DNA from: Planctomycetota bacterium
GTDB taxonomy: Bacteria; Planctomycetota; UBA1135; UBA2386
Direction: 5' to 3'
DNA: 64,000 bases
Assembly: GCA_046290465.1 (NCBI GenBank)
Contig: JBKAGP010000001.1
Location: forward strand, 2,496,001 to 2,560,000
Positions 41,490 through 51,968 of this stretch are shown one piece after another. The notes beneath the pieces are model-generated. The model saw nothing but the letters and a program-made list of their open reading frames with translations. It did no database searches and was not told the DNA's origin. Each line of letters starts with the position of its first letter. Positions within the stretch are counted from its first letter, which is position 1. A program made the position numbers and the translations under genes.

Positions 41490-43256
41490 ATGAAGCAGCG
41501 CATGACGGACCCCGTGCAATGGCAACACTTCGAGCCGGCGACGCTGGCTCGGGCGGCGAAGGAGGACAAGCTCGTCCTGATGGTCATCACGGCTCCGTGG
41601 TGCCAGTACAGCCGCGAACTGATGGCGACCAGCTTCGCCGATCCCGAGATCGTCGCCGCGGTGCACGAGGGCTTCGTGCCCGTGCACATCGACAGCGAAC
41701 GGCGGCCGGACGTCAACCAACGCTTCGGCACCGGCGCCTGGCCGACGATCGCCTGGCTGACGCCCGACGGCGAGCTGATCGCGCAGGACAACTTCCTCGA
41801 CGCGGCCGAACTGCACGTGCGCATCGACCGCATCCGCGAGGCGTGGCGCACCGACAAGCACAACATCCAGCGGCGCATCGGGGAGCTGTGGTCGCAGCTC
41901 GACGAGCGCAACTCGCAGAGCGGTGACAAGCTGCGCCGCGAGATGGTCGACGACATCACCGCGGCCATCTACGAGAAGTTCGACCGCAAGCACGGCGGGC
42001 TCGGCGACGGCATCAAGTTCCCCCACCCCGAAGCGCTCGACTTCGCGCTGGTGCAGGTGCAGAAGCGCAACGACGAGCGCATGCGCGAGGTCGTCACGCT
42101 GACCCTCGATCGCATGATGGAGAGCCCGCTGCACGACCACGTCGAGGGCGGGTTCTTCCGGTTCTCGCAGACGCCGGACTGGCACAGCCCCAACTACGAG
42201 AAGCTGCTGGACCAGAACGCGCTGGTGCTGCGCACCTACCTCGAGGCCTACCAGGTGTTCGGCACCGAGGCCTACCGCAAGACCGCCGAGGGCATCGTGC
42301 GCTGGATGCTCGACGTGATGCGCGACGAGCACGCCGGCAGCTTCGCCGGCAGCCAGGACGGCGAGGCCGACTACTTCACCGGTGATACCGAGCAGCGCAG
42401 CAAGCGCCAGCCGCCGGCGATCGATCGCACCGTCTACTGCCACGCCAACGCGCTCGCGGCGTCGAGCCTGTTCAAGGCAGCCGCCGTGCTCGAGCGCCCG
42501 GAGTGGCGCAGCGCGGGCCAGGCCGCGGTGCAGTTCTTGCTCGACAACCTGTTCGATGGCCGCGACGTCTACCACTACTGGGACGGCACCTACCACCTGC
42601 CGGGCATGCTCTACGACCAGGCGCTGCTGATCCGCGCGCTGATCGACGCCGCCCAGAACACCGGCGACTCGGACCTGCTGGTGCCGGCCGAGAAGGTCGC
42701 CGAACGCACCATCGAACAGAACAAGGCGCCGAACGGCGGCTTCTTCGACATCCTGCTGGACCCGCAGAGCCAGGGTTCGATGAAGCGCCGCAACCGCTCG
42801 ATCCTCGACAACGGCGCGATGGCCGAGTCGCTGGTGCGGCTGTCGTACCTGGCTCGCCGCCCCGAGCTGTACGACGAGGCGAAGGTCGCGCTCGAAGCGT
42901 TCACCAACGACTACCGCGAGTACGGCTACTACGTCGCCGGCTACGGCCGCGCGGTCGACCTGTGCTTCTACGAGCCGCTGTTCATCACGATCGTCGGCGA
43001 CCGCGAGTCGTCGGCCGCGGTCGAGCTGCGGCGCACGGCGCTGTCGACCTACGTGCCGTCACGCATCGTGCAGACGCTCGACCCGCAGCGTGACCCGATC
43101 CTGCTGGGGCGCAGCGGCCTCTCGGTGCAGGACGGTCCGATCGCGCACCTGACCGTCGGCACCAAGGCGCAGGGAACGGCCCACACGCCGGACGAGTTGC
43201 TGCAGGCGATCGAGTCCGTCGAGCGGGATCGACGGCAGTCGCTGCGCGGCGACTAG
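41490..43256 (+). CDS. YyaL/DUF255-like protein (thioredoxin-like plus alpha/alpha-barrel)
   Basis: W......A...DK.V, FVPVHIDSERRPD, KFP, DHVEGGFFR, W..P.YEKLL.Q. Confidence 0.88.
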   Translation: MKQRMTDPVQWQHFEPATLARAAKEDKLVLMVITAPWCQYSRELMATSFADPEIVAAVHEGFVPVHIDSERRPDVNQRFGTGAWPTIAWLTPDGELIAQDNFLDAAELHVRIDRIREAWRTDKHNIQRRIGELWSQLDERNSQSGDKLRREMVDDITAAIYEKFDRKHGGLGDGIKFPHPEALDFALVQVQKRNDERMREVVTLTLDRMMESPLHDHVEGGFFRFSQTPDWHSPNYEKLLDQNALVLRTYLEAYQVFGTEAYRKTAEGIVRWMLDVMRDEHAGSFAGSQDGEADYFTGDTEQRSKRQPPAIDRTVYCHANALAASSLFKAAAVLERPEWRSAGQAAVQFLLDNLFDGRDVYHYWDGTYHLPGMLYDQALLIRALIDAAQNTGDSDLLVPAEKVAERTIEQNKAPNGGFFDILLDPQSQGSMKRRNRSILDNGAMAESLVRLSYLARRPELYDEAKVALEAFTNDYREYGYYVAGYGRAVDLCFYEPLFITIVGDRESSAAVELRRTALSTYVPSRIVQTLDPQRDPILLGRSGLSVQDGPIAHLTVGTKAQGTAHTPDELLQAIESVERDRRQSLRGD

Positions 43257-43304
43257 CCAGCCATCCAGCCATCCAGCGCAGGCATGCGCCAGGTGTGGAC
43301 GCGG

Positions 43305-43529
43305 CTACAGCGCGCCCATCGTCGGATCGACCTGGTCCTCGTCGGGCACCAGCTCGATGAGACCGCGCTTCAGCTCCTCGCTGGCGATCTTGATGTAGTT
43401 GCGCTCACGCGTCTCGAACAGCGGGCGCTGGCCACGAACGAGTTCGCGGACGCGCTTCTGCAGCAGCGCGGTCAGGCGGAACGAGCCGCCGACCTGCTTC
43501 ACCAGCTCCTGGGGGAGGGTTTGATCCAT
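43305..43529 (-). CDS. rpoZ: RNA polymerase omega subunit
   Basis: VGGSFRLTALLQKRVRELVRGQRPL...IASEEL..G.I; 74 aa. Confidence 0.85.
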   Translation of the reverse strand: MDQTLPQELVKQVGGSFRLTALLQKRVRELVRGQRPLFETRERNYIKIASEELKRGLIELVPDEDQVDPTMGAL

Positions 43530-43681
43530 ATGGGGTGTTGGGTTCTCGGGCCGAGAAGGGCGAAGAATCCTACGGTTCGCCCGAAGCCGGATCAACTGCC
43601 GGAGCGGCCGGGGGGCCAGGAACGGCCCGACCCGACCCGGTGGCGAACCCCGCGGCGCCGGTCGCAGGCCGCCGCCCCGGC

Positions 43682-44734
43682 CTACAGGTCGCGCGCGTCG
43701 ACCGTCAGCTGCATGTCGGCCCAGGCGAACCGGCCGGTCCGCTGGGTGCTCGAGATGACCATGTGAAGGTGCACCTGGCGCGCCGAACTCGGCCCCACCA
43801 CCTGGATCTCGAACCCGTGCGGGAAGCCCTCGTCGGTCGTGTCCTCGAGGCCGTAGGCCCCCACCCCGAAGCTATCCTGCGCGTAGATGCTCGCGATCGA
43901 GTGGTGACGGTAGCTCAGCATGCCGGTCGGCTCGTCCTCGGTCAGCAGCACCTCCCACGGGTTGGGCCGCGGCAACAGCGGCGTCACCGTCAGGCTGCCG
44001 TCGACCGAATCGACCTGGCGGAAGGTGCCCGAGACGCTCGGCAGCTCGCCACGCAGCCAGACGACCTCGGCCGGCGAATGCGTGTCGCCGTTGTCGTCCG
44101 GGGTCGCGTTGAGCAGGTGCAGCAGCACCTCGGCCTGGTCGTCGGCGTCGGTGATCCGGTCGATGCCGGCGCCGTCGATCAGCGGCTCGGTCTCGACCCG
44201 CACGATGTTCAGGCCGATCGGATGGCTTGGGTCCGGGCCGCCGTCCTCCTCGGTCAGGTAGTAGTAGACCCAGCGGTAGACGTCGACGAGGTACTCGTTG
44301 CCGCTGGTGCAGGTGAAGCGGTCGCTCCACACCAGCTTGGTGAAGAACAGCGAGTTGCCGGTGATCTCGCTGCCGGACGTGTCCGGGCGGATCGTCTCGC
44401 TGGTCGAGACCGTCGGCAGCCGGCTGGTGCCGAGCACCGGCGGCGCGTTCGACAGGTCGAGCACCGCCAGGTTGGCGTTGCCCTCGGTGTCGTTGCTGAA
44501 CAGGCGCACCGACGAAACCAGCTCCAGGCGAAGGTCGTCGACGACCTCCTGGGTGATCTCGGTGCAGCGCGTCAGACGACGCGCGTACTCCTGTGCCTGG
44601 CCGCCGCTGACGGACAGCGTCGCCACGGCAAAGATCATCATCGCCAGCAGCGCCGACGAGATGACCAGTTCGATCATGCTGTAGCCGGACTCGCGCCGGC
44701 TACCGAGGTCGTGGGTCGACATGGTCGTGCTCAT
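43682..44734 (-). CDS. Prepilin-type N-terminal protein (350 aa, minor-pilin-like)
   Basis: RRESG|YSMIELVISSALLAMMIF class III signal; ATGA-coupled to the upstream giant gene. Confidence 0.8.
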   Translation of the reverse strand: MSTTMSTHDLGSRRESGYSMIELVISSALLAMMIFAVATLSVSGGQAQEYARRLTRCTEITQEVVDDLRLELVSSVRLFSNDTEGNANLAVLDLSNAPPVLGTSRLPTVSTSETIRPDTSGSEITGNSLFFTKLVWSDRFTCTSGNEYLVDVYRWVYYYLTEEDGGPDPSHPIGLNIVRVETEPLIDGAGIDRITDADDQAEVLLHLLNATPDDNGDTHSPAEVVWLRGELPSVSGTFRQVDSVDGSLTVTPLLPRPNPWEVLLTEDEPTGMLSYRHHSIASIYAQDSFGVGAYGLEDTTDEGFPHGFEIQVVGPSSARQVHLHMVISSTQRTGRFAWADMQLTVDARDL

Positions 44735-47700
44735 CGTTGGATGTAGATGCGGGTCTGGTGCCACGCGTAGTGCACCTGCGCTCCCTGCCGGAAGCACTCG
44801 ATACGGAGCAGGTAGCTGCCCTCGGGGAAGTCCGCGACCGGCACGCTCCACGTGTAGCTCTCGTCGCCGGCGCTGTTGTCCGACTCGATGTGGATCGCGC
44901 TGGACGGCCGTTCGCCGGGCGTCGCCAGCGCGTTGTCCTGCATGTAGTAGTAGCTGCCGCCGTTGTCGTTGGAGTACATCAGCACGTACTCCATCTCGTT
45001 CTCGTCCTCGGCGAACGTGCCGGTCTGGGTGTAGGGCTGGCCGTCCCAGCGCACCCAGTCGATGCCGAACAGCACGTCGATGTCGGTCGGGTTGTTGAGC
45101 TCGGTGATGTCGGTCGGCGACTCGATCTCGACACGCGGCATCTGCTTGATGCGGAGCGTGTTGCCGGTGTCGCCGGCCTCGAGGTACGAGTGCACCAGCG
45201 ACAGCACCGCCCACTTGGCGATGAACGACGTGCCCGACTCGACCACCTTGTCGATGCCGTTGACGACCACGTAGCCGGCCGACGTGCCGCCCGGGTTCTC
45301 CAGCTTGATCAGGCCGGAGCCGGTGCCGGAGCCGTGCGTGTAGTACGTCTGGTAGAGAGAGCCGGTGTAGCGCGTCGAATACGGCGCGAAGTTCCAGTGG
45401 CTGCCGCCACTCCCACCGTAGTTGAGCTGGAACGGGCGGCTGATCGGCGCCGACGACGGCATGGTCATGCTGTAGTTGTCGGCTACTTCCTGACCGACAG
45501 ACGTCAACGCCCCATTGCCGCTGGTCGAAACGTGCCGGAAGCGCGACGACGAAGTGCCAATGTTGAAGAATGCCGAGCACCCGTTGACCGACGTCCGCTG
45601 GTGGTTGTCGTAGATCGCCGTGCCGTAGGCCAGACGCGGTGACACCGCATACGCGATGTTCGACCGGTACTGGAACACGCTTCCCGTCGAGCTGCCGGCG
45701 GGCAGGTTCCCGCGCACCGACCCACCCGACGCGTCGAAGAACGACGAAGCGAGGTCGTCCGGGTAGAGTTCCCCAAGCCACGGGAAACCCGACCACCATC
45801 CCGACGGCAGGCTCGTTACCGCAAGCCTGCGCGCCGACGTGATGGTGTTGATGAAGCCCGTGCCAGTGCCGTAGTGCGGCGTCAGGTCGCTCGGGATCGC
45901 ATTGGGGTAGCCGTTCGCAGCGTCGTAGCCGATGTCGTTGCCGACCCCGAGGTAGTAGTACGAGAAGCCGGTCAGCGACGTGTAGACGCAGGCGCTCTCG
46001 ACCAGGCCGTTGCGCAGCAGTTCGAAGTAGCGCGGCACGTCGCACCACATCGCGTTGTCCCAACGGTTGCGCAGGTGGCTGCTGTCGATCGTGACGAAGT
46101 CCGCGGTCGCGCTGTTGGTGTTGTTGAGGCTGTCGTGGTACCAGTTGTAGCTGTTGGGGAAGTCGTCGCCGCCCTCGAAGCAGTCCTTGTAGGGCAGGTG
46201 CCGCGGGTCCCCGTGGAACTGGGCGCGCTCGGTCATCGGCACGTCCTCGGCGCTGTCCGTCCACCACGCGTAGGTCGTCGACAGGTTGTCGGGCTGGATC
46301 GCGCCCGGGAACATCGTGCCGCTCGACTCCCAGTCGGAGTCACCGCCGCTCATGTTGCTGGCGATGCGCGTCTTGACCGTCATCAGCACGTCGCCCGTCG
46401 GGTCGTAGTTCGAGCCGCCGGCGTCGACGAACAGGTTGCTGGTCAGCACGTCCGGATCGAGCTCGAGCGTCCACCGCGCGGTGTTCTTCGGCCCGACCGC
46501 GTCGTCGTCACAGAGCTCCTTGCCGTCGAACGTCGGCCCCGCCGCCACCGGCGACGGGATGTACTCCATCATGTAGAGCCGCGCGCGTTGCGTGTTGGCC
46601 AGCCCCTTGTTGTTGACCAGCGTGCAGGACAGCGGCGTGTTGTAGAGGTAGATCCGCGTGAACGGGTCCGAGCCGCCGACGAACTCGGCGCGGTAGTACA
46701 TCTGCTCGGCCGCGACCGCGACGTCGTCGGCGTGCACCGCGTCCTGCCAGTCGTTCGGGTACTCGTTGAGGCCGTTGGCCCAGACGCCGCCGTAGATGTG
46801 CTTGAGCCGCGCGTCCGCGATCAGCCGGTCCTCGTCGGCGTCGCCGTGGTCGATCAGGTCGATGCCCATCACCTCGACGACCATCGGCTCGGTCATGCGG
46901 TCCGACCCCGAGTAGTGCATCGGGTAGTCGGTGTAGGCATACATCCGGAACCGCAGCGGATCGGTGGTGCCACCGTCGTCGTTCTTGGTGCGCAGCTCTT
47001 CTGGGTGCGTGACCACGCGCCAGTTGGGGTGGTTGACCGGGTCCTTGGCCGCGTCGCTGAAGTTGCGCAGCGCCGGCATCGGCAGCAGCTCCCCGTGCAG
47101 GTTGATGATCAGCGCGTTCTTGTACTTGTCCGGGTCGGTGTTGAGGTCGTCGAGCAGCAGCCGCATGGTCGGCTCCTTCGACATGTCGACCAGCTCGTCC
47201 GGCGGCGTCGTACCGGCCAGTTCGGCCGCCTGGATCGCCTGCTCGCGCGCCGTCACCAGCGCCACGCGGGTGTCCCAGAGGGCCTTCTCCTCCGGGTAGC
47301 GCATCGCGTGGTTGAAGAAGTCGGCGAGCGCGTACGGGTAGGGGTTGGTGGTCGCGTCGTAGCCGTTGGTCTCGGTGCCGTCGACGTTGATGCGCGCCTT
47401 GATGTTGTCCGGGACGTAGTAGTAGCTCGACGCGTTGCCGTCCGGCATCCGGCCCGGGTAGTGGTAGACGTCCGGGATCACCTCGTGGCTGTCGAGCGCC
47501 TCGTTGGTGTAGGGACGGTAGGCCTGGTTGCGACCGAAGCCGGCCTTGGTGATCCAGTGCGTGCGGAACGACAGGCCCGGATTGCGGTTCTCGAGGTCGG
47601 TGATCATCGACTCGACGAACGGCTTGATCGAGTCCATGAAGACCCACCAGCCGGGGATGTTCTCGATCGCGAGCAGGTAGACGTCGTAGACCTGCGTCGT

Positions 47701-48228
47701 CGGGAACGCGCTGCCGGCCGAGTTGATGACCGCCGACAGGTCCGCCATCGGGTTCTCGGTGCCGTCCCGGCCGCGCTTGAAGATGCGCACCGTCACGTAG
47801 CGCACGTTGCGGTTGTTGAGGCCGAGGAACGGCTGCACCTGGATCCGGCGCGTCCAGACCCACTGGCCCTCGCGCTGGTAGTTGCCCGAGACCGCGTGGT
47901 CGGCGAGCACCAGCGTGCCGACGCCGGGGTCACCGGTGCCCGGCTGGGTCTGGATCGTCAGCGTGTTCTTGGTGCCGACGCCGTCGTCGAGGATGTCGAG
48001 GTCGACGGCCGCCTCGATGTCGCCGCGGTCGACGAACGCCTGGATCTCCGACAGGATCGCCTGCGCCTTGGAGTAGGCGAACACGCGGTCCCGTTCGGTG
48101 GCGGTCGTAGAATAGTTGACCGAGATGTGGTTGATCAGCACCACCGCACCGATCACCAGGATGAGGATCGCGAACGTGAGTTCGGCGAACGTGAAACCAG
48201 CCTCCTTCTTCGGCCCGGACTTTCGCAT
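44731..48228 (-). CDS. Giant prepilin-type protein (1165 aa)
   Basis: KKEAG|FTFAELTFAILILVIG class III signal; AAGGAG RBS; long T/S/G/N/D/Y-rich extracellular body. Confidence 0.82.
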   Translation of the reverse strand: MRKSGPKKEAGFTFAELTFAILILVIGAVVLINHISVNYSTTATERDRVFAYSKAQAILSEIQAFVDRGDIEAAVDLDILDDGVGTKNTLTIQTQPGTGDPGVGTLVLADHAVSGNYQREGQWVWTRRIQVQPFLGLNNRNVRYVTVRIFKRGRDGTENPMADLSAVINSAGSAFPTTQVYDVYLLAIENIPGWWVFMDSIKPFVESMITDLENRNPGLSFRTHWITKAGFGRNQAYRPYTNEALDSHEVIPDVYHYPGRMPDGNASSYYYVPDNIKARINVDGTETNGYDATTNPYPYALADFFNHAMRYPEEKALWDTRVALVTAREQAIQAAELAGTTPPDELVDMSKEPTMRLLLDDLNTDPDKYKNALIINLHGELLPMPALRNFSDAAKDPVNHPNWRVVTHPEELRTKNDDGGTTDPLRFRMYAYTDYPMHYSGSDRMTEPMVVEVMGIDLIDHGDADEDRLIADARLKHIYGGVWANGLNEYPNDWQDAVHADDVAVAAEQMYYRAEFVGGSDPFTRIYLYNTPLSCTLVNNKGLANTQRARLYMMEYIPSPVAAGPTFDGKELCDDDAVGPKNTARWTLELDPDVLTSNLFVDAGGSNYDPTGDVLMTVKTRIASNMSGGDSDWESSGTMFPGAIQPDNLSTTYAWWTDSAEDVPMTERAQFHGDPRHLPYKDCFEGGDDFPNSYNWYHDSLNNTNSATADFVTIDSSHLRNRWDNAMWCDVPRYFELLRNGLVESACVYTSLTGFSYYYLGVGNDIGYDAANGYPNAIPSDLTPHYGTGTGFINTITSARRLAVTSLPSGWWSGFPWLGELYPDDLASSFFDASGGSVRGNLPAGSSTGSVFQYRSNIAYAVSPRLAYGTAIYDNHQRTSVNGCSAFFNIGTSSSRFRHVSTSGNGALTSVGQEVADNYSMTMPSSAPISRPFQLNYGGSGGSHWNFAPYSTRYTGSLYQTYYTHGSGTGSGLIKLENPGGTSAGYVVVNGIDKVVESGTSFIAKWAVLSLVHSYLEAGDTGNTLRIKQMPRVEIESPTDITELNNPTDIDVLFGIDWVRWDGQPYTQTGTFAEDENEMEYVLMYSNDNGGSYYYMQDNALATPGERPSSAIHIESDNSAGDESYTWSVPVADFPEGSYLLRIECFRQGAQVHYAWHQTRIYIQR

Positions 48229-48399
48229 GGAGAGCTCCTTGTTGAATCGCCGCGGCATGGTCCGTGGGCTATCGGCAGTTCGGGCCCTCGGGGTGGTGGC
48301 GAACCGACCCGCGGGTCCCATCGCGGGACCGCCGGCGCCGAGTCCCCGGCAGCGTCGACGTTTGCAACACCGCCCGCCGCGACCCATGCTGCTGCCCAC

Positions 48400-50166
48400 G
48401 TGTCCTGGCTCCGCTCGCTGACCCGCGCCTTCCGCCGCCCGTTCGGCCATCTGCGCCGCTACTGGCCGATGGTGCTGGTCGGCATGCTGCTCGTCCCCGT
48501 GCACGCGGCGGCGATGCTGTGGATGCCGCGGCTGCTGGGCGAGACCCTCGACCACCTCGCCGCAGGCGGGGATCGCGCCGAGCTGGCGTCGATCTGCTGG
48601 CTGCTGCTGGCGCTGGCCGCGGTCGAAGGCGTGTCGCGGTTCGTCTCGCGCAAGCTGCTGATCGACGCGTCGCGGCTGGTCGAGCAGTCCCTCAAGGACG
48701 ACATGGTCGCCCACCTGCACCGGCTGCCGATCGGCTGGTACGACGACGCCAAGACCGGCGACCTGACCTCGCGCATGACGCAGGACGTCGAGCTGGTCCG
48801 CTTCGTCATGGGCCCGCTGCTGCTGCACGGCGGCAGCACGCTGTGCCTGCTGCCGGCCGGCCTGGTGCTGATGCTGTCGATGGACGTGCCGGTCGCGCTG
48901 GCCAGCCTGCTGGCGCTGATGACGGTGTTCGTGGCGATGAAGTTCGTGCTGCCGAAGTTGCACACCTGGAGCAAGAAGTCGCAGGAGGCGATCGCCGAGG
49001 TCTCGCAGCAGGCGCAGGAGGACTTCGCCGGGGTCCGCGTCGTGCAGCAGTTCGACGGCGTGCCGCGCGAGCTCGCCGCGATGGCGACCAAGAACCGTCG
49101 CTACCTGCTGGCCAACCTGCGGCTGGTGCGGCTGCGCTCGCTGCTCAACGCGCTGATGCACTCGAGCACCGGCGTGGTGATGCTGGGCGTGCTGCTGGTC
49201 GGCGGCCACCAGGTCATCACCGGTCGGATCACGGTCGGCGAGCTGTTCCAGTTCACCGGCTACCTGGCGCTGATGACGTTCCCGCTGCAGATCCTCGGCT
49301 GGACGATCGCGATGATCCCGCGCGCCCAGGCGGCCGCCGAACGCATCGAGGAGCTGTTCGCGGCCGCGCCCGAAGCGCAGACCGGCGCCCGGCCGGCGCT
49401 GCGCGGCGACGTCGAGGTGCGCCAGCTGACGTTCACGTATCCCAAGGGCGATACGCCGGCGCTGCGCGACGTGTCGTTCGAGCTGCGCGCCGGGCAGAAG
49501 CTCGGGCTGGTCGGCCCGGTCGGCAGCGGCAAGTCGACGCTGCTGGAGCTGTTGCTGCGCTTCTACGACCCGCCACCGGGCACCGTGTTCGTCGACGGCC
49601 ACGACGTGCTCGAGCTCGACCCGCGCGCGCTGCGCGAGCTGTTCGCGCTGGCGCAGCAGGAGCCGTTCTTGTTCAGCGACACCGTCGCCAACAACGTGAC
49701 CTTCGACGACGACGGGATCGACGCCCAGCGGCGCGACGACGCGGTCGCCGCCGCTGCGCTCGACCAGGACCTGCCGCAGCTGCGCGACGGCCTAGACACG
49801 ATCGTCGGCGAACGCGGCGTGACGCTGTCCGGCGGCCAGAAGCAGCGCGTGTCGCTGGCGCGCGCGGTGCTCAGCGACCGCAAGGGCCTGCTGCTCGACG
49901 ACACCCTGTCGGCCGTCGACCCCACCACCGAACGGCGCATCCTCACCGGCCTCGGCAGCGCCCGCGACGGCCGCACCGTGATCGCCGCGACCCACCGGCT
50001 GTCGGTGACCACCGACGCGGACCTGATCCTGGTGCTCGACCAGGGCGCCGTGCAGGAGCGCGGCAGTCACCAGCAGCTGCTGCAGGCCGGCGGCCGCTAC
50101 GCCGCCGCCTGGCGCCGCCAGACCGAGGCGCGCGCGCTCGAGAGCGGCAGCGAGGAGGCCTCGTGA
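48400..50166 (+). CDS. ABC exporter subunit (TMD+NBD), MdlA-like
   Basis: TMD helices; GPVGSGKST, LSGGQKQR, degenerate Walker B LLLDD. Confidence 0.92.
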   Translation: MSWLRSLTRAFRRPFGHLRRYWPMVLVGMLLVPVHAAAMLWMPRLLGETLDHLAAGGDRAELASICWLLLALAAVEGVSRFVSRKLLIDASRLVEQSLKDDMVAHLHRLPIGWYDDAKTGDLTSRMTQDVELVRFVMGPLLLHGGSTLCLLPAGLVLMLSMDVPVALASLLALMTVFVAMKFVLPKLHTWSKKSQEAIAEVSQQAQEDFAGVRVVQQFDGVPRELAAMATKNRRYLLANLRLVRLRSLLNALMHSSTGVVMLGVLLVGGHQVITGRITVGELFQFTGYLALMTFPLQILGWTIAMIPRAQAAAERIEELFAAAPEAQTGARPALRGDVEVRQLTFTYPKGDTPALRDVSFELRAGQKLGLVGPVGSGKSTLLELLLRFYDPPPGTVFVDGHDVLELDPRALRELFALAQQEPFLFSDTVANNVTFDDDGIDAQRRDDAVAAAALDQDLPQLRDGLDTIVGERGVTLSGGQKQRVSLARAVLSDRKGLLLDDTLSAVDPTTERRILTGLGSARDGRTVIAATHRLSVTTDADLILVLDQGAVQERGSHQQLLQAGGRYAAAWRRQTEARALESGSEEAS

Positions 50167-51959
50167 GCGCGCCGTACGACGACGACCTGCCCGAAGCGCG
50201 CTTCCAGCTGGCGTTCCTGCGCGAGCTGTGGCCGTTCGTGAGACCCTACCGGCGCGGCTTCGCGGCGTGCCTGTTGATCCTGTTGGTGTCGTTCGGGCTG
50301 GAGCTGGCCGGGCCGTGGCTGATGCGCCACGCGATCGACGGCCCGATGCGCGACGTCACGGCCGACGAGCACGGCCGGCTGGCGTCGCTGTGGTGGTACG
50401 GCGCCGGCTTCCTCGGCGTCACCGCCGGCGGCGCGCTGCTCGGCTACGTCTACGGCTTGTTGACCGCGTGGAACGGCCAGCGCGTGATCCGCGACGTGCG
50501 CCGCCGGGTGTTCTCGCACGTGCTGTCGACCGACCTCGCGTTCCACGAACGCAACCCCGCCGGCAAGCTGACGACCCGCGTCACCAGCGACGTCGAGAAC
50601 CTCAACGAGCTGATCGCGACCGGCGTGCTGCAGTCGGTGTTCGACCTGCTCAAGATCGTCGGCGTGCTCGTCGTGCTGTTCTTCCTCGACGTCGAGCTGG
50701 CCCTGTTCACGGTCGCGACGACGCCGGTCGTGGTGATCCTGAGCGTGATCTTCCGCCGCAAGGCACAGGCCGCCTACCGCGCCGTGCGCAGCCGACTGGC
50801 GCTGCAGAACGCGTTCGCGACCGAGCTGATCGGCGGCGTGCGCACCAGCCGCGCCTACGGTCGCGAGCAGGCCGTCGCCCGCAAGTACGCGGAGCGCAAC
50901 CAGGCAACCACGGACGCGTGGAAGGACACCGTCCTGCACTTCTCGACGTTCTTCTCGCTGGTCGACTTCGCGCTGCGCGCGACCACCGTCGGCCTGCTCT
51001 GGTTCGGCGGCGTCGCGGTGCTCGACGGCGACCTGCAGCCGGGGCAGTTCATCCAGTTCTGGCTCTACTTCAGCATGCTGTCTGGCCCGGTGCGCGAACT
51101 CGGCGAGAAGTACAACGTGCTGCAGGCGGCGTTCGCCAGCTGCGAACGGATCTTCCAGCTGCTGGCCGAACCGACGTTCCCGCCGCCGCGGCCGGCGGAT
51201 CGGCCCGCCATCGACAGCGCGCGGCGCGGCGCCGCGCGGGTCCGATTCGACGACGTGACGTTCGCCTACGGCGACGGACCGACCGTGCTCGACGGCATCT
51301 CGTTCACCGCCGAACCCGGCCAGACCATCGCCATCGTCGGGCCGACCGGCGCGGGCAAGACCACGCTGCTGTCGCTGGTGGCGCGGCTGCGCGAGGTGCG
51401 CTCGGGCAGCGTCGCCGTCGACGACGTCGACGTGCGCGACCTCGACCTGTCGCAGCTGCGCCGGCGGATCGCGTTCGTGGCGCAGGACCTGTTCTTGTTC
51501 ACCGGCAGCGTGCTCGACAACGTGCGGCTGTTCGACCCGGCCATCGGCGAGGACGCGGTGTGGCGCGCGCTCGAGACCGTCGGCGCCGCCGAGTTCGTGC
51601 GCGCGCTGCCCGCGGGCCTGCAGTCCCCGGTCGCCGAACGCGGCGCGACGTTCAGCCAGGGCCAGCGGCAGCTGCTGGCGTTCGCCCGCGCGCTGGTCAC
51701 CGAGCCGGACCTGCTGGTGCTCGACGAGGCGACGGCCAGCATCGACAGCGAGTCGGAGGCGCGCCTGCAGAACGCGCTCGACGTCGCGCTGCGCGGCCGC
51801 ACCGCGCTGGTGGTCGCCCACCGCCTGTCGACGGTGCGCAACGCCGACCAGATCCTGGTGCTCGACGGCGGCCGCATCACCGAGCGCGGCACGCACGACC
51901 AGCTGGTCGCGCGCGGCGGCCACTACGCGCGCATGACCCGGCACGCGGCGGCCGGGTGA
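50163..51959 (+). CDS. ABC exporter subunit (TMD+NBD), MdlB-like heterodimer partner
   Basis: GPTGAGKTT, FSQGQRQ, LVLDEAT, AHRLST. Confidence 0.92.
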   Translation: MSAPYDDDLPEARFQLAFLRELWPFVRPYRRGFAACLLILLVSFGLELAGPWLMRHAIDGPMRDVTADEHGRLASLWWYGAGFLGVTAGGALLGYVYGLLTAWNGQRVIRDVRRRVFSHVLSTDLAFHERNPAGKLTTRVTSDVENLNELIATGVLQSVFDLLKIVGVLVVLFFLDVELALFTVATTPVVVILSVIFRRKAQAAYRAVRSRLALQNAFATELIGGVRTSRAYGREQAVARKYAERNQATTDAWKDTVLHFSTFFSLVDFALRATTVGLLWFGGVAVLDGDLQPGQFIQFWLYFSMLSGPVRELGEKYNVLQAAFASCERIFQLLAEPTFPPPRPADRPAIDSARRGAARVRFDDVTFAYGDGPTVLDGISFTAEPGQTIAIVGPTGAGKTTLLSLVARLREVRSGSVAVDDVDVRDLDLSQLRRRIAFVAQDLFLFTGSVLDNVRLFDPAIGEDAVWRALETVGAAEFVRALPAGLQSPVAERGATFSQGQRQLLAFARALVTEPDLLVLDEATASIDSESEARLQNALDVALRGRTALVVAHRLSTVRNADQILVLDGGRITERGTHDQLVARGGHYARMTRHAAAG

Positions 51960-51968
51960 GCGCCGCGG

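Noticed and set aside
45481..45840. DGR variable region
   Set aside because: No template repeat or reverse transcriptase in the window, and the patch is not at the gene's 3' end.
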